This document shows, one piece after another, positions 24,821 to 36,800 of a stretch of DNA of 64,000 nucleotides (the first letter of the stretch is position 1; each line of letters opens with the position of its first letter). The notes beneath the pieces are model-generated. The model saw only the letters and a list, made by a program, of their open reading frames with translations. It searched no databases and was not told where the DNA came from. The DNA is from Phallusia mammillata (taxonomy: Eukaryota): assembly GCA_965637545.1 (NCBI GenBank), contig OZ281495.1, forward strand, positions 32,240,001 to 32,304,000, given 5' to 3'. The position numbers were made by a program, and so were the translations under genes.

Positions 24821-27800
24821 ACGTAGTGCGAAAAAGATATTATCGAAAAGTTCATAAAACAAACATTAAACTTAAGGTAGGAGGATGTTTTATTTATTTA
24901 TTACATGTATAAATTTGTGCGGTTAAGTGCAGTGCACACTTAGAAAGTCTCATCAGTGCAGCTGGTGTAGTTAAGCCGCCTTACAGCACTCCAGCTTGTT
25001 GGGAGTAAGCTAAAAACCATGCTCCATCAACCAATGTACACTGTCTGTAGCTTTGTATTTACTCTATGCTTTTTAGTTTTACTGCTGTTGCATAATATTT
25101 GCCTTTTACAAAGATAGCAGCTAAAATCTGCTTGACATTATTTTTATGTCATAAACTTATTGTTTACGTCACAAGGCAACGTACCAGCGTCTCCAACAGC
25201 AACAGTCGACACGCGGGAAAAAGAAGACGGCCGTTCGCGACGCCGTTGCCTTGGAAACGAAAGCTCAACTCACCACTTATGAGGTCACAGTGAAGACGGG
25301 TGACGTAAGAAGCGCTGGAACGGACGCGAACGTTTATTTGGTTTTGTACGGAGAGAACGACGATTCGGGCCTGGTGTAAGTATGAGTTGAATAGCAAGAT
25401 TAGGCAAAGATTTAAAATGTGACTTGATCAAAGGCCAAACTGCCAGAGAGCTTCCATAAAGTTTACACATTTTCTGCGATCGATTTGACAGTAGACGTTA
25501 TTACCAGCTCAAAACTAGGAAAAAATAATGAGGTTTGATTCTAAGAGTAATAAGTCTTAATATTCGTTTACTTTTGTTTATTGGATTTTTTTAATATGGC
25601 ATAAGCATCTGCCGCTATCCATTTCACACGAAAATATTAGGAAAATTACATACTATTTGGTTCAAAAACAACCGAATTGTTTATTTATGTTGTTGAAAAC
25701 AAGTTTATTTAAACTGATTGCCAACATCTTCAGGCCAACTAAGACCATATAGTCGACTTTAAAACCCGAAAGACTTACACAAGGGACCTACTTGAATCAA
25801 TTTGTATTCAACAACAGAAACCCGAAATAAGCGTTCTGTCCAAGTCGGTTACTCTTTACTTACTCAACAGAATGATTGTGTACCAAACTTCCATTACTTT
25901 TTTAATTTATTTACTGAGTATTTTTCCAACACCTAGGTGTCCAATGAAAAACTCAGAATCCGTTACATCAAAACGTTTAGAATTTTAATTTTCATGTAAA
26001 TATTTTAGAAACTTGAAAACATCGAAGACATACCGTGACAAGTTCGAACGCAACCATGCTGACGTGTTTACGGTGGAATCAGCTGATCTTGGGAATCTCA
26101 AGAAAATGAAGATTGGACACGACAATGCTGGGCTTACAGCAGGTTTGTGTGGAAATTGTAATCAACTATGTTAAAATGAGATAAACTGCGAAATACGACC
26201 TGGCCAGTATAACTTTTATAGGTAATCGTTTTTTGTTGTAAATAACAAGTTTTTCTTTCAAAACTAATAACAAGTATTTTGGCATGAAATTTTGAACAGT
26301 TGTTTCATTATAGAATAGTTTTTGAAGTATAAAATAGCAGGCACGGCACTGTAAATTAAAAAACGCGAATCTTGTGCTGGAATTTAATGTTAATGTGATT
26401 ATTAAAATTCTGAAAAAAACATTTGTGTTCGTTGTAACTATTTTTCCTCTATGTTTGCCCTGTATGGTTTTCAAAGCTGATATGTTGTATTTTCTTTCTT
26501 TTTTTAATTTTACCCAAAGTTAAATAGTGTCTATTTCAGGATGGTACCTTGAGTACGTTGAGGTCGATGCGCCTTCTCTCGGTAAGAAATGGAGATTCCC
26601 GTGTGGAAGATGGATTGCAACTGATAAAGATGATGGAAAACTCGAACGGGAACTCTTCCCCTCATCCGATGATACAGTGGATTACGCAGCAAAAGTCCCT
26701 TACGAAGTCACAGGTAAGTTTTTACCAAATGTTTTGAGAATAGAAATGATAGTAAGAAGGGTGTGGCTGAAAATAAAACTGTAGTTTTTAACGCATCTGT
26801 TCGTCAGTTTAATGAGTCATTTGACCCAACTAGACGTAAAAAACGACATGTTTTATTGTTTAAAACGTTTTGGCAAATGCTCATTTCATCATCTGTGATA
26901 TGAAGGCCTCATCAGTTACACCTGTTTATATCCACTTGGGTCACGTAAAAGATTGAGAAAAAGGTGTGAAATAAGCGTCGTATAAAAAAACGCTAAATAA
27001 AAAATAAACAGTTTCTTCTGCGCACCTTTTTAAGTTTTTTAAGTGGATGGGAAGTGGTGGGTGTTACCGATGTGATGTGGCCTCTAATGTCACTGTTGGT
27101 GGCATGAGCACTTGAACGTTTGGATAGTAAAGCATGTCGCTTTTTACGTCTGTTTGGGCCGTTATATTTGTGATTCAACTTATAAACAGATCCGTGTATA
27201 TTGTAGTAATTCTTTTCTTATTATTGAAATCTCCTTTCAAGTAAAACGACCGCGACGATTCAGGGTCATTAAAATCAGATCAAGAAAATTCAGTGTGAAA
27301 AACCACTAAATCTGTCAATTTTGAAAAAAACAAATAAAATATAGCGACAGATTTAGTGGTTTTCACACTGAATTTTCTTGATCCGTGTATTGTGTTCGAA
27401 ATTAGGTTATTTTTTGTTCTAAAGCAGTGGTTACCAACAGGGAAATTTGAAACTTTAAGGAAGATATTTACTTTAATTCTTTCACACTTTTATAACCACT
27501 AAAGTCGAATCTTTATTTTATTGTTCCAGTTTTCACGAGCGACGTTAGTGGTTCTGGCACCGATGCTGATGTTTACGTTGTTTTGTATGGGAGAGACGGA
27601 AGTCAAACGGAACAAGCGAGTTTGTGCGCGAACAAAGACGAGCGGAAGTCAAAGTTCAACAAAAGATCGGTTGACACGGTACGTAAACATTTAAACTTGT
27701 GTTTCATTCAAAATATTTTTTAGTGCATTTCGCACAACAGTGCAGTATTTGAATTTCAGATTAAAACTAGCTTTTCTTTCACCTCGTTACGCAGTTCCAA

Positions 27801-30800
27801 GCCATTACATAAATTATTTAGGTTTGAAATACAGACGAGAATATAAAGACGTTCTGATTTTAAAGATATTTAATCAAAAAATAAAATATGATTTCTATGT
27901 GACTGCAATTTTATTTCTGTGTAATTTGTAGCTTCCAGTATGAAACCAAAACAACAAAACTATTTTTTTTAATACTAAACTTGCTTTAAAGGTTAACCAT
28001 GCATGACTTGTGCCTTTCGATTCTACTTCTGGTTACAAATGTAACACAACCACATTTACTTACTGTGTCTTGTTCCGCGCAGTTTGTCCTTGAACTTGAC
28101 GACATCGGTGAGACGATTGAGAAGTTGCGAATCGGACATGATGGTAAAGGATGGGGAGCTGGATGGCATCTCGATAAAGTGCAGATCAGGAGATTGCTTG
28201 ACGGGACACGGGTATGTTATACTATGTATGCTGATGGCTGTGTGGCATTTTTTGCAACTCCCCTGGTCTCCACTGGATATTTCCTGGGTGTGAATACAAA
28301 CAATTTGTAAATTCTACGCTACCATTGCGAAGTCAAAGCAGCTGGTCAATAGATTTCGGTTTTTGATTTATACCACAACAGTTTTTATTTGGTATGTAGT
28401 GAACTATTTTCTCAAAAAATTATCAAAATGTTACGTAAGGGCTTTTATGTAGCCTTTAATGATCTATTAATGGGGTTTGGTGCAACAAAAAGATAAGTTA
28501 ATTATATGCATATTATAGTAAAAAAAGGATTGCTTAAGTCATATTTACAGACACACGCCTTCAATCAGAGATATGTTGCACACCAATTGAATTCACATGA
28601 AATGAAATGGAATTTACGCATCAAAATCATTACTTAGAAAATGCACCGCTGTCGCAATAAACTTTACTTGCGAAGTATTTGCAGGGGTTTCTGATATTAG
28701 AAAAAAAAGTTAAAACCCACTGCTATGAAATATGCCATGTCTTTTCCCCTCAGGGTTCTGAGACTTACCTCTTCACTTGCGGAAGATGGTTGGCACGAGA
28801 TGAGGATGACGGTGAGATCGTGAGAGAGCTCGTTCCCACGCAACTCGTCAAGGAGCAGATGACAAGGTCCGGGAAGATGAAGAGAACGGAATCAAGATTG
28901 GAAGACAGCTTGAAGAGTAAGTTGTGACTCACATGTGTGGTTTTGATGGGATTCGAACCAACGATCCTCTGAGTGCGAATTTGTAGCTTTTGAGAGGCCG
29001 GGTGTGATATTATGAGAAGGAATTGATTTGATTTGAGTGTTTGAGTATAAAGCCCTAGGTGCGCTCACAAGTTCGTTTTCAACACTTCGGTTTGGATTGT
29101 TTGAACCACCTTGGAAATAACTAACTATGGTTAAGTTTTTACCAAATAATGGCTGCCTTGGGGGAAGATATGTTAATGTTTAAATTCTTCAAATTTTTGT
29201 TAAATGCTGATTTAAATTCCATACTACACGGAATATTGTTAACTTTACTCCATTTAAACTAAGAAATAGGCTTTAAACGATCGTCAGCAGGTATTAAGCG
29301 AGAATCAAGCAGATCTACGTCATCGAGCAGTTCTGATGAGTCGTCTTCCAGTTCTGACTCAGCAGTTTCGATCGCGGAAAAACAAAGCAAAAACGACTCA
29401 GTTTTGGATGAGGAAAATAACAATTCAGAACCTCCTCTAAGCCACAAAGATGCAAGTGAAGTGGATGATACTATTGAAGAGGGGCTAGTCCATGAGGATG
29501 TTATCATCCAAGAGGAAGCTCCCGTCAGTTTCACAGAGCCTCCTCCTCCACAAGGAAGCGTTTCTTCAATCAGGGATGTTAATAATGATAAGGAACAAGA
29601 TGCAGAGTCAACTGGAGCCCAGGATGACCCCAAAGAAGATGACAGTAGTGATGAAGTTTTCATCCAAACTTCATCTCGGGATGAGGAAGATAGAAAAGAT
29701 AATGAGAAGGATGTCACTGAAAATGAAGATGCTGTTTTCGATGACAAAAATGAAGATGGTGGAAAACATGAGGAATCAAGAGGACACGGATCTGATAAAA
29801 GTGATGCGGAGTCAGTAGAGGAAGAGATTGAAGAGGAAATTCAGAAAGAAAGCTAAAAACTAAAATCTTACCAAGTAATTAAGTTAGTTTCGATTCAAGT
29901 TTTGTCAAAGTAATATGTCACTGCCTGATAATCTTTTTGTAGTGCAATGTTGTAATTTATTAAAGCCACTTCCCTTTGTTTTCGATCGATGTTTTGTTTT
30001 GCACTTTGCTTCATTAGTTGTCACTTTATATTGTTGTGTAGCGTGTTTTGCCGCAATTCATTCTTGCACTACCGATTTCTATCATGTTGTGACGTACATG
30101 TGATTGTATTTTGTGCCAAAAGTCTTTGTTACAATGTTGATACTGCTAATATGTCATAATTCAGACTTTCTTGTCACCTGTGTTGCCACGTTTTGTCTGA
30201 TTAGTTGCTTATCACAAGTTTCCGCAGGTCGTATCATGCAAATTATCTCATTCTTTCATTCCATGCTCTTTAGGTGATTTGTCGCTTAGGGTTAAGTACT
30301 CGTACAGGTTCCTTTATTGTACCCCGGAACGCCGTTATTTCGAAACTGAACCAAGAAATCACATTGAAGACCGCAAATGACGTCATAGCATGGCGTCACA
30401 TACAATGTTGCTCAAATACATCCAGGTGCTTTGCACGGCTTTTTGCGTCACACTACGTCATTACACGTAAAGCGTAATGACGTCATCATCTGTGTTTTCG
30501 CGTAATTGGTGTTGGTGCAATACGTCATCCACTGTTACATCACAAATGTGTGAAACAATTTACTGTTTAAGTTTTCATCTATGAAGCTTTGTGTCGTCAT
30601 CAAATGCTTTTTATGACATCATAAGTCACTTGCAGTAATTCTGTGCTTTCGTGGTGTTGGTTTGTGGTGTCGTGTATGGGCAGTTTGTCGTTGTACGCGA
30701 TCAATTTTAGTAATTATTCGCATGCATGTGTTGGTGGGCAACACACAAAGCTATGCTTGTTGTGCATGTTGCGTCATAATGTACAATTGTTTGGTGTCGG

Positions 30801-33800
30801 GAAAAATATTCAACCTTGAAATATTCCTGTATTGGATCATTCAGAACTAGTGGGAAAATTTTAGTCAAATTTCTGTGTTTCTAGATTACTGTTGTATAAT
30901 ATTACTTAACTATTTCAATGTACTGTTACGAAACAATATAACATTATGACGTCATACACAGGTCAGAAGTACCGCGTGCACGTGTTTACTGGTGACGTGT
31001 TCAACGCCGGAACCGATGCCAACGTTTATCTGACGATGTTCGGTGAAAACGGAGATTCTGGAGAAAGAAAACTCCTCAAATCGGAAACTAACACTGACAA
31101 GTTTGAGAGGGGAAAGGTATAATTCACAAACAATGCTGAGTATTTGTTATTGCAAAGTGTTTTCGTTGCAGTGTGACGTACTTGCGTTTTCGTGCGTAGT
31201 ATTATAACGCGCACTCAGTGTTATTTACCCTGGTGAAGGCGACCTTTACAAAATGCAATTGCAAGAAGAGCTCTATGTAACTGCTACTACATTGTCTGAC
31301 TTGAAATAACTTCGCTGCAAAGTGTGCGATACTCAACAATCGTAAACCTACCTTTGCTCTACCGGCATTTATGTAAAGTAAACCTCGGCAAAGCCATTAT
31401 CAGTTAATCCGTTACAGTGACATACAAACCTTGTGTTGTTCTACTTTCATCTCTCATTTATCAACCACTAAATATGTCTCAGAATTCTTACTTTGCCTCA
31501 ATTGGAAACTGATTCCGAACCTAGTGCTTCTTCGCAGGTTGACATCTTTAACTTGGAGGCAGTGGATCTTGGGAAGTTGTACAAAGTCCACATCCGTCAT
31601 GACAACGCCCTCATCAATCCGTCCTGGTTCCTCGGTCGAATCGAGATTGAGGACGTGGAAACGGGAGAGAGATTCGTCTTCCACTGCGAGAGATGGCTGG
31701 CGAAGGGAAAAGATGATGGGAAGATTGCAAGGTTAGATAGATCAACCAATCATGTTGGTTAAAAGTAACACTGGATCATTGCATCAAAATTGCAAGCTGC
31801 GAGAGATTCCCAAGTGTACCATGATATATTTATGTTTTTAGTCAGTGGTGGGATTCAAATTTGTTGTCAGCCGGAAGTCACATTTTTAGCCGGTTCTGTC
31901 ACAAAATTCATATTTTTCAGCCGGTTCTATCACAAAAGTCATATTTTTCAGCCGGTTCTTTGACAAAAGTCATATTTTTACCCGGTTCTGTTACAAAAGT
32001 CATATTTTTCAGCCGGTTCTTTGACAAAAGTCATATTTTTACCCGGTTCTGTTACAAAAGTCATATTTTTCAGCCGGTTCTTTGACAAAAGTCATGTTTT
32101 TCAGCCGGTTCTATCACAAAAGTCATATTTTTCAGCCGGTTCTGTTACAAAAGTCATATTTTTCAGCCGGTTCTTTGACAAAAGTCATGTTTTTAGTCGG
32201 TTCTGTTACAAAAGTCATATTTTTCAGCCGGTTCTTTGACAAAAGTCATATTTTTACCCGGTTCTGTTACAAAAGTCATATTTTTCAGCCGGTTCTTTGA
32301 CAAAAGTCATGTTTTTAGTCGGTTCTGTTACAAAAAGTCCATTGACAGTAACCAGGAATGCTAACCGGTTCGCTGATCTAATAAAATTTTGTGATACGGT
32401 TCTATAGAACCGGTGAGAACCGGCTGAATCCCACAGCTGGTTTTAGTTAAACCGGGGCACTTGAGACAAGGAGTAGAAATTGTTGTAAGAGACGTTTTTT
32501 TGATATATACAGACTGTACTTGTATGTATACACTTGTGTAACTTTTTGGTGATTCCCTATTCTACCCGTGATGTTCATGCACCCCTGTGACTGGTGTGGT
32601 GCACCCTGCTGTTCACCGTCTAACCAGGTTGAAGAGCGCTGTTATAATACACATCTAAAAATCAACGTAAATTATTCGTGGTTTTTCGCACACTGGTTTG
32701 CGGCTTACATCAAATGTTGGACGGAACTCGAACAAGGATATAAACGGGTGTAACTGATGTGGCCCCTCATATCACTGATGGTGGCATGAGTATTTGCCGA
32801 AACGTTTAAACAATAAAGCATGTCGCTTTTTACGGCTATTTTCATCATTGAACTTATAAACAGATTCGTAAATAGTGTTTCAAACAACATCTTTTTGATA
32901 GAATCATTTATTTATTACAGGAGCTTATACGTTGTTGGTTACGACGGAGAGACTTCAACGAAACGAAGTCTTCTTACAACAAAGAGTGGAAGCAGTTTGG
33001 GGAAGAAGTCAATTATGTCGGATACAATTCCTGAAGGACCAAGTGGGTAGAGGGTTGTATTGTACAGAGTTTAAAGTGGGTTTGAAATTGGGACCTAAAA
33101 CCTGGCTTGAATCCAATGTTTTGTAAAAGCCCAAATTAGGCCCGAAAGTTAAGAGAAATTGGGGCACAAGCATGGCTGATTTTGAATTGATGTCCGATTT
33201 AATCAGTTTTATGCCAACTCCAAAACGCTCGGCCCGAATTACAACCCTGTAACCGCCCAAGTAGTGAAGTTAAGGACAGGTATTAGCAGATACAACTGTG
33301 GAAAATACTGGTGACTTCTCAACAATTCAATGGTGAAGACCTTGACTTTCAAATATAACTCAAAAAATAATAAAAATATTTTAAAAACAAAAAGACCAAC
33401 CCACTAATTATCACTAGTTTCTTCAAAATGACTATTTCTTGCTATCTACATACTTAATGTATTTCTTTACCTTGTTATTTTAACAATAATACAAGTTGTC
33501 TTTTGTGGAACATACCTACTTAATGCGCTGTTTGCCCGGTCGGAAATAAAAGACTTGTTTCTATTTTTAACCGGTTCCTTGTTGTCGGTTCCAGCTATTC
33601 CATACACGGTCAGGATTCGAACCGGTTCCGATCCGGGTGCAGCTTGTGACGTCAACGCTTTTATCAAAATCTACGGACCCAGCAAGAAGAGTGGGAGCGG
33701 AAAAGTTACAAGGAGGTAGATAGAAACAAAATAAATTTACATTGACCCTAAATATTTGATTCTTAAACTTTTTGAGGCCAAAGTTGGCTGAGGTATTCCT

Positions 33801-36800
33801 GTTTATTGCTAACTGGTTAAACTAATTGATTCGTGGTTGAATTCGTGAATCCCAAGCATAACATTTGCCAAAAAATAACAGTTTCGCAGATTTTATTAAT
33901 TGCATAAAAGAGCGCCATGAAATCAATTGTATTTATGATTTGTTTACCATTTCCTTTGACCTTTGGCTTAATCTATTTTCGGGGACAGGTGGTCCAACAC
34001 AAAAAACATCCATAAATTTTTATACTTTGATCGTTGTACGATTTTATGTATTTCTAGAATAATTCTTGAGCCGCCCACTAAGAAGTTCAAGAAAGGAACA
34101 GTTGAAACTTTCAACATCGAAGCAATTGATGTTGGTTCTATCAAGAAAATTGAGGTGAAATTTTGCAACAAATACGCTACACAATTTATGACTTCTAGTA
34201 AACACAAAATATAAGCCGATATATTGCGTGAAAACGTTTTTATTCAATAAAAACAGCGTTTGTTACATCGTATAAATGTTCTACACACAACCGGCATATA
34301 AAGTTTTCTGATTTGTGTAACACAATGCCTAATGTGAACAATCATGGCATTCTAGTAATAAACAATCATTATTGTTTCGTCACAGCTGGGTCATACTGGT
34401 GTCGACAATCGCTGGTTTGTTGAGGAAATAATGATCGACCAACCAACAATGGGAAAAAGTTTCACGTTCCCCTGCAAGAAGTGGTTTGCCAGGTAAGTTG
34501 AAAAAATTATGTATTTTCGTTGTAACTTAGTTGTTATTTTAAGTTAAGCATTGGACTTTTACGTTGATTTGGTCGAGTCAAAGTTCATAACACAAGTCCA
34601 AGTCGCCAACAAAATTATTTAAACTTTTAAAACAGGGGCCGGCAACCTTTTCTGCACTGCGGACCTGAAATTTAATCACGGACCGGCCTTCAAAAAACTA
34701 CAAATTTTCTGCGATAAAAACGCAAAAAATAGTTTATGCACGGGCAAAATGTTGCAAGGCATTTTGCCTGAAACTATACGCGGTAACTAAATCCTCGCGG
34801 ACCGGTACTGGGCCGTGGCCCGGCGGGTGCCGATAACTGTTTAAAAAGACAAATCAGTGTTAGGTCACTTTGTGGCGATGGCAATTAAGTTGACTCAGTA
34901 TTTAGTCTAAATGCGTTTGCTATGTATATTCAACGATTATCAAATGACCGCTTATTATTCTATTTGAATAAGCAAATGAGTTTTCCTGAGATAAAATTTG
35001 TATTCTGGGATATAAATCATATCCGTGGCAATGGCTATCAGAATTGACTTGTTATTTAGTCTAAGGCTTTGCCTGTGTATATTTCAAAGTTATGTTCATT
35101 AATCACCCGTTTGTTATTCTATTTGAATAAGGAAACAAAATAAAAGTTTACCTAAAATTTATTCTGGAACACAAATTTCCAACCAACTCTGAATTGTTCA
35201 GGGACAAAGAAGAGGGGGTGACGTCACGTATTATTCACGTCGAAGATGCCGAAGTCATAAAATACAAAGCGAAGATCCCTTACCAGATAACACTCTACAC
35301 TGGTGACGTGGCACAGGCAGGAACAGGTATGACGTCATCACGCTGACGTACACAACCTGTAACGTCATCACATTTCGTTTTGGTCCCAATTAAGGCTATT
35401 TCCAAATCTCTCTTTTTAGAGCATTAACTTGTATTTTCTTTAATAAATTTGCATATTTTTTTGCTTTAGTTCTTGTTGTCACAAGTTGGGAAATGTTTAT
35501 TTCCAGGTTTAAACCAGTTTACAATCTTATAAAGAACAAAAATATTTCGCTAACAAGCATCTTCAGTGTCTATAAAGGGCAGTAAAAGGGGATTTCTAAT
35601 TTAAATAAAATTTTCAATGGGAAATGGTTCCTTCACAAACACGATCATTCCTCAACTGAAAGCCTAGCAGACTAAACTGACTATTTTTGTTGCAAAATAT
35701 AAAGGTATTTAATAAAGTCCATTACCTAAATTACCTTATACCTGCATTAAAAGAGAGGCCAAAAAAATCTCACTTATTGTATAAAAAAAACTTTTGTCGT
35801 ATATTTAAGTTCGTCTCTTAACTTAAAAAAGATTGCATGATCACGCTGAATATCTACGGATCGAAGGGAAGCGCAAAAGATGTGACGATCCGCAAATCTG
35901 AAGAGGAAGGAATCCTCCTGGAGCGGGGATCAGTGGATGTTGCGAACATTGAGCTGGATGATATAGCTCCTCTCAAGATGGTGAGAGTATCCCATGAGGG
36001 CAAGGGACAACGTCCGGACTGGTATTGTGACAAGGTAATAGTGATGTGAAACTGGATGAGAGGTCCGCTATTTTACTTTTTGTTTTCGTAAAACTTACGG
36101 TGATGTTATTTTTTGCGGACGTTTATTTATTTACACACGTTCATTTGTATGAATAGATCCAAAGTATACTGAAGGTGTTACATCAACTTTTGACACTTCG
36201 GAAACAAATTGTTTTTCAACCTTGATTTGACGTAACAAACACGAAAACTTTGACTAGCCTGAAGTCGTCCACCGTTTTATTTAGACATATATATTTCACC
36301 TAAGTAACAGGCATCGTCAGTATCTAAAAACAAACAGCGCTAAAAAATCGTATGCAAGTTAAACCACAAACAAACGCATACATAAAAAATCTTTATTTTC
36401 TCAAAAGGAATTAGGGCTTTTCGAATTTTTTGGGATAAGTACGTAGTTGTGGATATTTACATGCGCTTCATGACCTTCAGTGACCTCTATCATGCAAAAC
36501 ACCACGTGATAAACTAAATGTTCCGTTCCAGATCGAACTTCGCAATGTGGACAGCGGGAAGGTGACGGTGTTCCCGTGTAACTCATGGATCTCAAGGACG
36601 ATGGGAGAGAAAACACTGAGCAGGGAGCTCTCCGCATCAGTAGGAGGAAGAGCAGTAATGAAGAGGACCTCATATAAACTCTTTGTGAAGACGAGCAATC
36701 TCCGAGGAGCTGGAACAAATGCTAATGTTTCCTGCATTGTGTTCGGTGAGTAGAAGAAGCGCTGGTTAAAAAAAAATTAAAAATCTGTCTATATATAAGC

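Noticed and set aside
29333-29345. CTGATGAG hammerhead-like core
   Set aside because: It lies in coding sequence (Ser-Asp-Glu) with no stem II or GAAA partner.
29259-29747. 162-aa Ser-rich ORF on the - strand
   Set aside because: It is the antisense shadow of the acidic + strand exon, with no splice or start context.
31888-32340. CRISPR-like array (also the 33-bp array at 21608-21962)
   Set aside because: Units are contiguous with no unique spacers, there are no cas genes, and the context is a eukaryotic intron.
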